Numbered from the stretch's first letter, positions 1 to 11,702 are shown. The stretch is 64,000 bases of DNA from Neophaeotheca triangularis (GCA_054600435.1 BAAIJX010000004.1:124001-188000); one strand, 5' to 3'. Notes: generated from the sequence alone by a model not told the origin. Numbers and translations are program-made.

Positions 1-1071
1 CCGAGCTATTCTTATACGTTTGTTGGATCGCGCACATTCCCCTTCTGCCCCTGTGAAGCAGATTGAGCCTATCGACAGGGCTCGAATCAGCCACGAAACG
101 ATGCTGCCGCGGCCGTAGCATTTGATCGCAGCGACCATCCGTAGCTGGGAAACAACAACAGCGAATTCTGCCTGCACATGATGGACCGCCGGCGCTGCTC
201 CGCAAAAACTCTGGAGCCACCCCACGAAACCTACTACCGGCTGGGGTTCATCTCGAGGACCTACACGTCAGCCAGCAGCTGTACCTCGCGCTCGAATGCA
301 ACGCGACAGCCCCATCCAAGCTAGGGGACCCTTGGCCCTCCTTCCTCACGTGCTCCATCCATCGCAGGAGACTCTCGTTTCAAGCGCCAATCACTCTTCG
401 ATTGAAGGAAATCTGGCTACCTCACCCTCCCAGGCTTCTACCGCCCTGAAGCCACAAGCGCAAACTTCTCCCTTCTGAGCATCTTCACTATGCTCTGGAA
501 ATCCGTGCAAAAAGTCCGACCGAAACCCCAGTCAGTCACGCCCGTTTCAGCATCTTGGTGCTAACATAAAACCAGCCCGACTGGCTGGTAGGATACGACC
601 TCCAACCTGAAAGGAGTCAGCTCGCGAAATAGCCCGCACGAGTAGGATTCCTCTTTTGAAAGATCGTACACCATGTCCAGGGTGACGTCGGTGACAAAGC
701 GGCATCGTGGAAAGAGGACAATCTTCTCGTCGCGCAACTAGTTCGCTCTGCTTGCGCAAGTCAAGAGATCATGACCTTGAAATGTCTTGTTTGGTTCTCG
801 TCCTTGATGCTGAGACGCTTCTGGATAAGAAGATTGCGCGAGCAGCTAGCAGTGCGGGAATCAGCACTAGGGCCTTCTTAGAGCCTACCTATCCCGTGGA
901 GTCGCGAGACAGCCTAGCTTAGTAGAAACCTTTTTCGAGATGGAGTTGATCAGTAAACACACATCCATCAGCCACGGTTCCAAGAGCGCTGACAACACAA
1001 ATCTCCATACTAGCAAGTAACAGTACTATACAGCGTCCACAAGCACCCTCACCCAAGCAAACCCAACACCC

Positions 1072-3204
1072 TCACGCCTCCTCATCCGCACCCCCCTTTT
1101 CCAATCCCTCAACCAACGCCCTCCCCCTGGCCCAGCTCTCCTCAACCCCCTCCCTAACCCACCTCTCCCTCCCAGGCTGCCAGCCCTCAACCTCCCCCGT
1201 GCGGCCCTTCTCCTCACACAACTGCAAAACATCCCAACACCTCTCATCGCCCAGCAGCGCCAGATTCTTGGCCAAATCCATCAACGTGCCGATGCGAGGG
1301 TACCAGTTGAGGGGCGGGGATATCATGTCCATGAGGTGGCGGTGGGCGAAGTGCAAGTGGGTAGTGGCTTCGGCGAGATGGGGAGAGGAGTGGAGGGTTG
1401 GGCTTGTCGTTGTTGGTGGTGTTGGTGGTGTGGAGGAGGGTTTGGGGGTTGTGGCGAGGGTTAAAGCGTGCCGGCCTGCGGCTATGAAGACGAGGATTAG
1501 CCGGTCGTAGGTAAGGGGGTTGGGTTTGATGCGGAGTTCGAGGAGTTCGGAGACGAGGAAGGAGGCTTGGGAAGCGTCCGGGGGGGAAGCGCGTCTGCAG
1601 CCGCGGAGTAGGAGGTTGAAGGTTTCGATTGTCGCAAGTGTGTGTCGGGGGGCTCCGGGTTTGGTGGAGGGTGGTGCGAAGGTGTGGAGGGTTTTGTAGA
1701 GTTTGAGTGCGGAGGGAAGGTTGGAGTTTTCGACGTATACTTCGAGGAGCAGATTTAGGGCTGCGATTGGGATGGGGCGGTCTTGGGAGTGTAGGTCTGT
1801 GAGGATTTGAAAGGCTGTGGAGAGGTCGTCGGGGTTCGTTTTGAGGTGATGGTAAAGGGCGCGCGTAGTGTTGGTTGTGGGTTGGAGGTTCTCTAGCGGC
1901 ATGATGGTGAGGATGCTGAGGGCGCGGCGCAGGTCGGGGTCGGGGCCGGAGAGGTAGGTGGATATGAGGAGTTCGTAGTGGTTGCGTTGGAAGGGTGTCC
2001 CGCGTCTGGAGAGGTGGGAGAAGACTTCTGTTGCGAGCATCGGGTCTCCAGCGTGGCAGGCCGTCGCAAGCACGTTGAAACAGGTCCCTGACGAGGGGTT
2101 GAGGTAAGAGGTCCTGACTTGAGCCGTCCAGGCGAGATGCGTAGCCCCATGGTGGCGGACTGAAGAGGCGGTCTCCAGGAGGTGCGCCCACAAGTTTCGT
2201 GGGATTAAGGGTTCGCCAGAGTCGAACCGCGAGCGCATCAGACGGTGGGCTTCGTCTAGCTCCTCTGCTTCACACAAAGCATACGCAGCCATGTCAAGCA
2301 GCCATGGCTCTATCTTGATAGCATCCGTCCTCATCTTGTCTAGCATATCCATGGCCTGCTCCAATCTCCCTTCCCTAAGCAGTCCCGCCGTAACATCATG
2401 TCTACCGTCCTCTGTAAGCTGAAACCAGCGCGCCTTCATGTACTCGAGCACATCAGACCGCAGCAAGTGGTCCAGATGGACCGAGACCACTTTTAGCACC
2501 GCATGACAAGTGCCATTATCCATGTGCATACCGGCTTTCTCCATTTCCTCGAGCAAACACTGCACTCGATACGCCGAGCCATACTCGGGCGAAACGTTCG
2601 CGGCGATCAGGCAATTGTAGATTTGCGGATTCGGCCGCACTTTCCTCACTTTTACAAGATACTCTGCAACATTGCGAGCTTCCCTCACGTAGCCCTCATA
2701 CGCGCAATTTCGAAGAAGACCATATACCTGTGCTATGCTTGATCTTTCCAAGTTCTGAAAAGAGTACCGTGGGCTGAAGGGGGGCTCTTTTGTCGCTCTG
2801 TCTTGGGGTAGGAGATGTTTCGAAGCATTGGGTCGAGTGACGAGTTGATCTGCTGGGCGACTTGAACGTTCTTGGGCAGCATCGCTCCGTCGAACAGGAC
2901 TGCCGAGCTGCTCGTCTAATCCGAAGGGGAGTTTTGATCGCTGTCCTTCTAGTGCTGAGCCGTTTGAGCCGGCAGTCTCATCGTCCACAGCGATGGGAGC
3001 ATCCCGCTGTCCTTTACTTGTGGTCGTAGATAGTTGACGTGTGGCATTCTGGGCAAACACTCTGCGAGTCTTATTCTTTAGCCCTTCCAACGCCGGGCGT
3101 GAAACTACCGTGGATGCCGAAAAGGGTAATCGTTGTACGGGATGATTCCACTGAGGACACAAGCACTGCCACAGCGGGTCGAAGGCGAGTCTCGGGGTAC
3201 GCAT
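1072..3204 (-). CDS. Pentatricopeptide-repeat (PPR) protein, probably mitochondrial
   Basis: Long uninterrupted ORF; first in-frame ATG at 3204 (MRTPRLAFDPLWQCLCP). Helical PPR-like units such as PNPQIYNCLIAA, TIETFNLLLRGC and PNPLTYDRLILVF. Confidence 0.85.
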   Translation of the reverse strand: MRTPRLAFDPLWQCLCPQWNHPVQRLPFSASTVVSRPALEGLKNKTRRVFAQNATRQLSTTTSKGQRDAPIAVDDETAGSNGSALEGQRSKLPFGLDEQLGSPVRRSDAAQERSSRPADQLVTRPNASKHLLPQDRATKEPPFSPRYSFQNLERSSIAQVYGLLRNCAYEGYVREARNVAEYLVKVRKVRPNPQIYNCLIAANVSPEYGSAYRVQCLLEEMEKAGMHMDNGTCHAVLKVVSVHLDHLLRSDVLEYMKARWFQLTEDGRHDVTAGLLREGRLEQAMDMLDKMRTDAIKIEPWLLDMAAYALCEAEELDEAHRLMRSRFDSGEPLIPRNLWAHLLETASSVRHHGATHLAWTAQVRTSYLNPSSGTCFNVLATACHAGDPMLATEVFSHLSRRGTPFQRNHYELLISTYLSGPDPDLRRALSILTIMPLENLQPTTNTTRALYHHLKTNPDDLSTAFQILTDLHSQDRPIPIAALNLLLEVYVENSNLPSALKLYKTLHTFAPPSTKPGAPRHTLATIETFNLLLRGCRRASPPDASQASFLVSELLELRIKPNPLTYDRLILVFIAAGRHALTLATTPKPSSTPPTPPTTTSPTLHSSPHLAEATTHLHFAHRHLMDMISPPLNWYPRIGTLMDLAKNLALLGDERCWDVLQLCEEKGRTGEVEGWQPGRERWVREGVEESWARGRALVEGLEKGGADEEA

Positions 3205-3409
3205 ATCATGTCGAGCAAGATCTCTTCCTTGAGATGCTGTCGTATCGCAGTGCAAGTCTGCAGTAAGTCCAGCGCAAGGCCTTCTGATTGGCTGAGAAAG
3301 TCTGCTCGGCATACTTGCACTCGACCTTCCTTCAACCCTGCGGCGAACTTCCTACACCCCAGATGTTCAACGATCGAGAGGTCTGCTCATACACATACAA
3401 CCACCCAAA

Positions 3410-4916
3410 ATGCGACGGAAATTCCACGCCCTGAAGCGGCCGGTATGTCGCCCTCATATACCCCCTCCTGGAGCAAAAACGTGGGACGCTGACCTCGAAC
3501 TGCAGAAAACCCGCCAAGACTGGAACAAATACAACTTCTACAACCTCTCGCGCATGGCCACACCCTTCGCCGCCGTCAAGACATACTTCCAACAGAAATG
3601 GCTCGCCAAATCCCTTTCCCGCGCTTACCACGGCCCGCACATCCGCGAGGGCATTTGGACACGCATGTTCGACCGTCGGTTACCGGCAGTGGTCCCAATG
3701 GATCACAGATATCTTGCCGAAAAGGATGGGAGTGAGCATGCGGGTGGTAGAGGGCTGGGCTGGGATAGGATGTTGAAACGCGACGAGCTTAAGAAGAAGG
3801 AGAAAATTCCGGAAAAGACGCCCTACATGCAGATGGCGTATCACCCCATGGAGAGGAGGCTGGACATGGCGATTTGGAGGGCTTTGTTTGCGAGTAGTAC
3901 GAAGCAGGCTAGGCAATTCGTCGTGCACGGCTGGGTCAAGGTGAATGGGAAGAAGGTACGGCTACGATGATTTGTGAAAGAGAATAGGGACCGGCATACT
4001 GACGAGGCGATGGCAGATGATCTACCCAGGTTACCAGCTAAACCCAGGCGACATGTTCTCCGTCGAGCCTGAGCGGGTACTATTTGCCACGGGTGCCAAA
4101 AAGGCTAAAGCAAACAGCCCGGACGCCGACGTGATCGACGACAGTGGCGCTGACACCGGCGCCTCGAGACGACAACCCATGAACGAGCGTGACCCGGACG
4201 CTGCAGAAGAAGAAGGCGCCCTTGAGGAGCCCGACAGCGACGCCGGCGCCGCAACCCTCGAGAGCGAAGAAGACCGCACAGCCATGACGAGCAAACCAGA
4301 ACAAGAGACAGACCCGAAAAAGGCGCTCAAAACCCTGGTGACGCGGGCCAAAAAGATACTCGGTGAGAGCAAACGACAGCTTTCCGGTCGGCGCCAACAG
4401 GAACTGCGAGAATTCACGCGCTCTGTAAAGAAGACCCTCTCCAAACACGGGCAAAAGGGCACAGGCGAAGGCGTGGAAGGGCTGGAAACAGCCCTGGCAG
4501 CCATCATCAATAAAATCCCCACCGACGATGTTCCAAAACCAGAACTAGGTAGTGCCGAAGCCGCCGAAGCCGCCGACGCCGCCGCCAACAACCCCGACCA
4601 AAACTCCTCGAACCCTCAAGCCGGCAAGTCCGACGCCTACGTCGCCCGCCGCGACGCCCAAATCCTCTCCCGAGCCCTAGCTCGCGCGGCCGAAAATCCC
4701 ATCGACTCGAGCAAACCATACGCTACCCCCTGGCGACCGCGTGATTACATGTCAGCTTTCGCTTTCATCCCGAGGTACTTGGAAGTCAACCAAAACATCT
4801 GCTCGGCAGTCTACCTCAGACATCCCGTAGCGCGGCCGGGGTTGGCGGAAGTGCCGACGCCGTTTTCTGGCGAGACTATGGGGTTGGCTTTTAACTGGTA
4901 TTTGCGGAGGAGATAG
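3410..4916 (+). CDS. NAM9: Mitochondrial small-subunit ribosomal protein uS4m; exons 3410-3442, 3506-3955, 4017-4916
   Basis: S4 motif [50 protein letters not shown]-terminal [28 protein letters not shown]. Two GT..CTGAC..AG introns. Confidence 0.93.
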
Positions 4917-5249
4917 GGTTGTGCTGTGTGGATACGGTGGAGGTGGTGTTGTTTTGTGGCGGGAAGCTTTGGCATGGGATGGCGTTGGATCGCTGCTGTC
5001 TGGTGATTGCCACGCAGCGCGCGTCTATGTATTGTATCTTGTCTTTAATAGACGGGTGTGTGTACTATGTACTATATTGCGCCCCTCTTACAAATGCAAC
5101 GAGGTTTGTATGTGTCGGTCAACACGGACGTGGGTAAGGAAGGACAACGTCGACTTCGCTGTGTTTTCTCCCCATGTACAGAACAAGTAAGGTCTGGAAG
5201 TCCCCTAGACAGGGTTCGAGTTTGGGAAGCCTGCCGGTGTTTAATAGCG

Positions 5250-6266
5250 AACACCGACCGCAACGCCGAGTCCTAGCACCGCAGCCCGGCGTTACCTCCA
5301 CCACAAAAACTCCGTATTCCGATCAACAGGAAAGATATCCAGCGGCTGCCACACCGGCCGGTATTGCCAAGCGGTGTTGAAAACCTGCGTCTTATTACCA
5401 GTCACCACTACTAGCCCCATCAACAACGCCTCGGACCCTAACCACGGCACTGAAATCCCCCCTCTGGACCCTCTCCATCCAACAAACCCCTTGCATGGAA
5501 GAGGAGAGCAGCGAAAAGAGTCATGAAAGTAAAACCGGTATGTAGCGAGTCAGCGACCTTTGACAAAACGACAAGCGGAGGGCGTGTCCATGGGGGATTC
5601 CAAGGTGGGTCTTGAGACATCCACCCCATACATGTAGAACCATAGACACAAACGACAAGCACGCCCTACCAACCGACTCACCACCAACCACCACCTGCAC
5701 GTCTCATCAATCTGGGCTCCCGTCTCTCTCACACAATCTCCGCCCCACGTGGCGCCACGGCTTTCGCTTCGCCGACCGAGAAAGGCAATACAGTCATATA
5801 ACCCAAGTCATCTACTGTATACACAAGTCATAGATAGGGCTGGGAAGACCCGTCAACGGCACTGCGGTGTCCGGACATGGTCAAGGTGAGCGGAGAAAGA
5901 ACGTTACTTGTCTTTCTCTCTTTTGCCGTGTAGGGCGCGAGAGTCTAGAGAGATGCAGGTACGGGAAGCGAACAATGTGGGGAACTCCGGGCTCCGGCTT
6001 TACGCTTTGGGGTTGGAGGTAAGAGATCTTTGTGCATGTTACCCTGGTTTGAGTGAGGTTTCCTCGCTTACGTTGTCGAGTTAGCGGCGTCTTGTCTGAT
6101 TGCTGGTGACTAGGTAGGTGCGACTACGATGGTCTCCGAGACTACGGGGTTGAGGAGAAGTTTTTGATACCGGCCGGCATTGACGTGAGTAGGCGGAGTT
6201 GGTAGCCTAGCCATGGCTGTGACTGGACGTGTGAACTATAGGGAGGTCCGAGGACTGCGTGTTGTT
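5250..6266 (+). ncRNA. Candidate telomerase RNA (TER); 5' end approximate
   Basis: Template-like ACCCTAACC at 5435-5443; nested long-range complementary segments joining the 5' and 3' ends; many local hairpins; ATAAGT at 6267-6272; no credible ORF. Details under findings. Confidence 0.7.
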
Positions 6267-6445
6267 ATAAGTATCAATCGCTCCTTCCTATTGCTCTACT
6301 CGATTTTCCATTCTGCCAACCATCCAAACCTCTCATCCACCAAAGCAACATAAAGAACCGCATCAACATCAACATCAACCTCATCCACCAACCCACCAAC
6401 CCACCAACCACCACCCAAAACCAAACCCAACCAACCTTACCAAAC

Positions 6446-6892
6446 ATGCAACGCATCCTCTTCCCCATCCCCTCCGACAACCCCAACTACCCCACCACCC
6501 AAGAGCCCAACCCGAACAACCCAACCCCACCACCCACCAAAACCACGCGCCACAACCCTCGCACCCCCCAACCCAACCCCGACACCCCCGACCCCAAACC
6601 CGAGGACCAAGCAACCCCGCAACCCCAAAAAACCCAACGAACCCCCTCCCTCTCCTCAGCCTCGACAACGCTCTCAAGCCGCAGCACAGACTCGAAACCA
6701 TTCAAAGCCCCAAGCCCGCACAGCCACACCAGCGGGTCCTCCTTCCCGAACCCGATGAAAAAGTCCTTTTGGCGTCGCAAGAGCAGCTGCGACAGCCGCG
6801 AGCCAGCAGCCATGTCTTGCGGATCCCGACAGCGCGGCGGCGGCGACGCAGTGGCGACGAGGACGTTGGCGGAGTACGCGGCCGTGAAGTGA
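6446..6892 (+). CDS. Small hypothetical Pro/Ser/Thr-rich protein (148 aa)
   Basis: ATG in good context (AACATGC) after a C/A-rich leader; low complexity; no recognisable domain. Confidence 0.4.
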   Translation: MQRILFPIPSDNPNYPTTQEPNPNNPTPPPTKTTRHNPRTPQPNPDTPDPKPEDQATPQPQKTQRTPSLSSASTTLSSRSTDSKPFKAPSPHSHTSGSSFPNPMKKSFWRRKSSCDSREPAAMSCGSRQRGGGDAVATRTLAEYAAVK

Positions 6893-7066
6893 GGGTGGCT
6901 GCAGCGTGAGGCCGGTGGGGAAGGGACGAAGGAGTGAAGGAACGAAGGAGCGAGCGGGAAAAGGAAAGGAAAGGAATGTAATGAAAAAGGGAAAAAGGCG
7001 GTAATCAAAGAAATCCGAACCACGACTTCCACCCACCCGTTTTGTGGCTCGGTATTGGCTGAGCCG

Positions 7067-7365
7067 GATTGATTGATTGATTGATTGATTGATTGACAGA
7101 GCTAGGGAGAGGCGGTTGGGTGGTGCTTCTTCTTCTTCTTCTTCTTGGCTCTGGCTTTGGATCGAGGGAATTCGAGTTGGTGGAGTTTTTTGGGCTGTTC
7201 GGTGTTGGTGAAAGACCGGAAAGGATAAATAAATAGAGACGCGTTGAAGTGGCGGTTTCTTTGACGCGGGCGAGCGTTGTCTTTGAGGGGAGAGGGAGAG
7301 GGCTGGAAATGGCTGGCTGGCTGGCTGACTGGCTGGCTGACTGGCTTGCTTGATTGATTGATTGG

Positions 7366-7408
<43 letters not shown>

Positions 7409-7420
7409 CTTGCTTGATTG
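7067..7420. repeat. Microsatellite cluster: (GATT)n at about 7067-7094 and 7351-7410, (TTC)n at about 7127-7146, (GGCT)n at about 7311-7345
   Basis: Directly visible tandem repeats between two convergent genes. Confidence 0.9.
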
Positions 7421-7606
7421 GGTTTAATGTGGGTAGAGAGCGCAACGCAGGTAATTGTTTATAGATCGCAATCGGCGTTGCTATACATTTCAGACCTCCT
7501 GCCGGTATTTTGTGAGTCGTAGCTAGTAATCTGTACACATCTGAAGCCGAAGTACGCGGGGAAAAAAAGAAAAACAGCAACGAAAAATGGACAAACCACA
7601 CCATCA

Positions 7607-10273
7607 TCACTGTGAAGGCTCAGCAGCAGTCGCAGTCGCCAAGCCAGCACCAACACCAACACCAACACCAGCTCTACTCTTTCCATCCCCAACCCCACCT
7701 CCCCTCCCCCGCAAACTCCCCGCCCCAGCCTCAACCTCCCCATCCTCCCAAACCCCACTCTCCTCCCTCTCACTCCTCCTCAAAGCGGCCTCAACACTGG
7801 CCAAAAACCTACCCTCGCCGCCACAAACCGCCACAACCCCACTGACAACCATCAACCGCCAAACCTCGGTCGCCCGACCAGGAGTCCTACAAAAGAAGAC
7901 CCTGGTCCCGCGCGCCGTATACCCCTGCACAATCTCGAGCAAAACCTGCGCGGCCGCCGGATCCAGACTGGTGACGCCGTGGACGTCGAAGATGACGTTG
8001 CGGTGCCGCTCGCCGGGTTTCTTGGTCGGGAGGGCGGGGTGCGCGGCTCCCGTGCCGTGGTCTTCGAGCCGCCGTAAGCGGTCTTTGAGACTGCCCGTGT
8101 TGGCGAAAGTGAGAGGTTCGGGGATTTTGACAATGAGGCAGCCCGGGAGGAATTCGATGTCGTCGAGGGCTTCGGCGTTTTCAAAGACGGAGAGGGTGCC
8201 CGGGACGCGGCCGAGGATCTGGATGCGGGGGCGGGTGCTATGGCGGAGGAGGCGTAGGAGGGAGAGGCCGATGCCGACGGCGATGCCGATGCGGAGGTTC
8301 CAGAAGAAGGTTGTTAGAAAGATTAGGAGCATGAGGATTAGTTCTGACCAGCCGCTGATGAGGTAGAAGAAGTGCAGGTCGTGAGGGGCTTCTTCGATGA
8401 GGCTGTAGGCTACTACGCTTATCATGGCGGAGAGGACACCTTTCTGGGGGAGGGAGGAAGGGGGAGCGGTTAGTAAGGCGGGTTTAGAGGATGGATTTGA
8501 AGAGGCTGATGGGGGCGCTTACCGGAATGTAGTAAAAGTACGGCAGCAGGAAGAGCACACAAAAGACGGTGATCAAGCTCAGGAATACCGAGCTCATGGG
8601 TGTCATGCCGCCAGTGCTCGCATTCACTTTACTCCGCCCGTAGCCGCCAAAAGCGGGCAGCGCCATGAACAACCCGCCGAGCAAGTTTGCAACACCCAGA
8701 GCCACGAGCTCGCGATTAGCGGAAACGTGGACATTTTTGATCCCTTCTTGCTCCTCGACTTCTTTGCCCTCGTCGTTGCGTACCGTGACGACTTTGCCAG
8801 AAGTGCCGCTTCCCAAACTTTTGGAAGCAACGCTGCTCTCGAAGAAGCCGAGAAGGGCGATGAGAAAAGCGGTGGAGAAGGCGTCGTTGACGTGTTTGAA
8901 ATTGTGTTCATCAAAGGGGAAATGGGCCTGGAAGGGCGTGCCTTTGGCTTTGATGTCGCCCAAAATGTCCAGACCTTTGGTTTGCCATTGGTAGCGCCAG
9001 GTGAGCACCGCACTGAGGACGACGACGCAGAAGCGGTCCGGGATGTACGCCACCCATGGCGTGCGGGGTTGCAGGCGCTTTTTGATTTCGCGGAGGATCA
9101 TTACGACGGCGAAGGCGCCGAAGGAGACGCCGCAGGTGAGGGCGTGGGCTTCGCTCGAGTGGCGGAAGAGGAAGAGAATCTTGTCCAGGCTGCTGCCGTG
9201 GGAGGCTGAGGAGTGCGCGGCGGCGGTATCAAGACCCATCTCCGGGATCAGTTGATCGACGAGGATGACGATGCCGATTGCGGAGATGAAACCACGGAGG
9301 AATGGGCGAGAGAGGACGGAGTCGAGGAAGCCGAGACGGCAAAGGCCTGCGACGAGGATGATGGCGCCAGCGAGTCCCGTCACCATGCCTGCTATTTGGG
9401 CGTTTCCAAAACCATCGGCATCGGTGTGTGAGCCGGACTTGATTGCTTCACGGACGACGGAACCGGTGAGGAGAGAGCCTGCTGCTTCCGGCCCGACGAC
9501 CATTTGCGGGCATGTCCCCAGTATGGCGTAGACGATGGGGTTGAAGACGAAGCTGTAGAGACCATTGATAGGAGGTATATGTCCAAGGTTTGCGGCGTAC
9601 GAGAGCGACATGGGGATGTAAAAGGAGGCCATGGTCAGGGCGGCAATTAGATCGCCTTTGATGTAGCGGAGCTTGTATTGTCGAATCCAGTTTGAAGAAG
9701 GGAGGTAGTAGAGGAAATACCTACCACAGTATATGCATTAGCATCCTCATCCTTTCCACGCCTATCAACCCCACCAACCTCCCCAACCGAAAATGATACA
9801 TACATCAACCTAGGATGCCTAACCCCCTCCCTCTTCGCAATCCGCTCAGTCGTATTCATCTTCGCACCCCCATCCGCATCCCTCTGGCCCTCGTCCACGT
9901 CGATCCCACTGACATCCCCATTGGCCGTCCCTGGCCCCAAAAGAACAGAATCCTGTGTCGCAAAACTGCCATAGCCTCTCCTCAACCTCGGCCGAAAAGT
10001 CCCATTCCCATTCCCATTTTCATCCCCCCCTAGCAACCGCGCCGACTCATCTTCCACAGCGCCATCTACACCTTCAGCCGTGGGGAAGAAGCTCGCGCTT
10101 TCTTCGTCGGAAGAGTGGTGGTAAGCTCGCTCTTCAAGAGCGGCGGGAGAGGGGGGAGGTCTTTGGGTATTTCGGAGAGCTGAGGGGGTTGCCGGGGCGT
10201 GGTTGGTTGGGCGGCTGTTGTTGGTGGACGAGGAGGAGGAGGCGGAGGTGCCGCGGGAGTGGTGAGTAGGCAT
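7607..10273 (-). CDS. SLC26/SulP sulfate (anion) transporter with STAS domain; exons 10273-9804, 9720-8523, 8443-7607
   Basis: GDLIAALTMASFYIPMSLSYA, GLYSFVFNPIVYAILGTCPQMVVGPEA, NRELVALG, FGGYGRSKVN; STAS segment PEPLTFANTG...VIFDVHGVTSLDPAAAQVL. Introns 9721-9803 and 8444-8522. Confidence 0.92.
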
Positions 10274-10334
10274 GGTGTGTGGGAGGGGGTTCGAAGGCGG
10301 TTTGGCGGGTTTTGCTTTGCTTTTCTGGGGGTTC

Positions 10335-10382
10335 CTTCTTCTTCTTCTTCTTCTTCTTCTTCTTCTTCTTCTTCTTCTTCTT
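10335..10382. repeat. (TTC)n microsatellite just upstream of the transporter start codon
   Basis: About 15 TTC units visible. Confidence 0.9.
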
Positions 10383-11579
10383 GTTCCTCTAAGTCTTCTT
10401 CCTCTTCTTCGTCTACAACCAAGCCTTATCCTCAAATCCGACTCCGAGTCGAGTGTCTTCCCGTGTTGGTAGTATCAAGGGACGAGACAATCCACTCCCA
10501 AAGCCCAGCAGAATGATGCACTCAGTTATGACAGTAACAACAGCAGCAGCAGCAGCAGCATACTGCGAAGCGGTAAAGCAGACGTTCCAAATTCCCCCAG
10601 AGGCGATGGTTCAAGAAAGGTAGGTTAATGAGACAAAACAGCGCATGAGCACTCACTCACTCACTCACTACCTACTAGTACAAAACAGAGTAGTACGGTA
10701 GTAGTATAGTAGTAGAAATATACTCACATGGCCCAAGAAAGTCTAGAAGTTCGCCCGACCCGACCGGACGATCACACCCGCAAGTGTTTTTCCAATAAAA
10801 ATTGCCGATGGCGATGCCGACAGCCACCCACCATCCACCATCCACCTGCAGGTCCCGGACGGAGAGAGAGTACCTACCTAGGTAGTAGTCACCCACCTTA
10901 TATACTTCCATCTCTACCTTTAGTAAATTATAATTATGCGACTAGTTATACTCTAAGAACAGGCTTTAAAACAAAGCAGAAACCGTAATAGCTATACTAT
11001 ACTATACCATGCCATGCTACGCTACAAGTAGGCGGAGTCGACACAGTAAAGCGCACCTAAACTCGCAACACTACTTACTCCCTTGCAGCCGTCGGCGGCT
11101 TGTGAAGAGTTTCGAAAAAAAAAAAAAGTAAAAAAAAAAAAAAAAGAAGTCTAACTAGCGAAAAGCGAAAAGAATGAAGATTCTCCCTAACGCTCGTCAA
11201 CGAATCAATGCATCACCTAAGTAATCTATACCCAACACTAGGTGGGTAGGTACTGTACACGTTCTATCCTTCCCCTTGTTATAATAATAATAATAATAAT
11301 AACAATAATTGTCATCAACTCGCGGTAAATAAAACCCCATCATCGTAGCCCTAGAGACTATAAGAAACAGTACCTAGATACCTGCCTAGCCTAATCGGAA
11401 GAGTTACAGCGTACCTTACCTCAGCTTTATTCAATTTGCCCTCCTAGGTAGGTACTGATTTATTACTGAATTCTTTTACATCAAGTCCTAGGAGTTTTAG
11501 CCAAATTGACTTCTACAAATTCCTGACCCGGCCTGGCCTGGCTACATTACATTACGGTACTGTATTGTACTGTACTATA

Positions 11580-11630
11580 TGTAGTAGTAGTAGTAGTAGT
11601 AGTAATAGTAGTAGTAGTAGTAGCAGTAGT
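11580..11630. repeat. (GTA)n microsatellite in an AT-rich intergenic region
   Basis: Visible tandem GTA units; nearby (TAA)n at about 11281-11301 and a poly-A tract at about 11115-11145. Confidence 0.9.
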
Positions 11631-11702
11631 ACACCTCCTTCGTCCAAGACATGAGTACAAAAGCCGTAACATCCCCCCTTCCCCGAGCTATGCAATAAGC
11701 AT

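Noticed and set aside
1..1000. Protein-like fragments at the window start (similar ones at about 42600-43600)
   Set aside because: Too fragmented to assign a frame or family; they may be relics but cannot be supported by eye.
5205..5230. GGTTCGAG resembling a tRNA T-loop / B-box
   Set aside because: No T-stem or cloverleaf can be formed around it.
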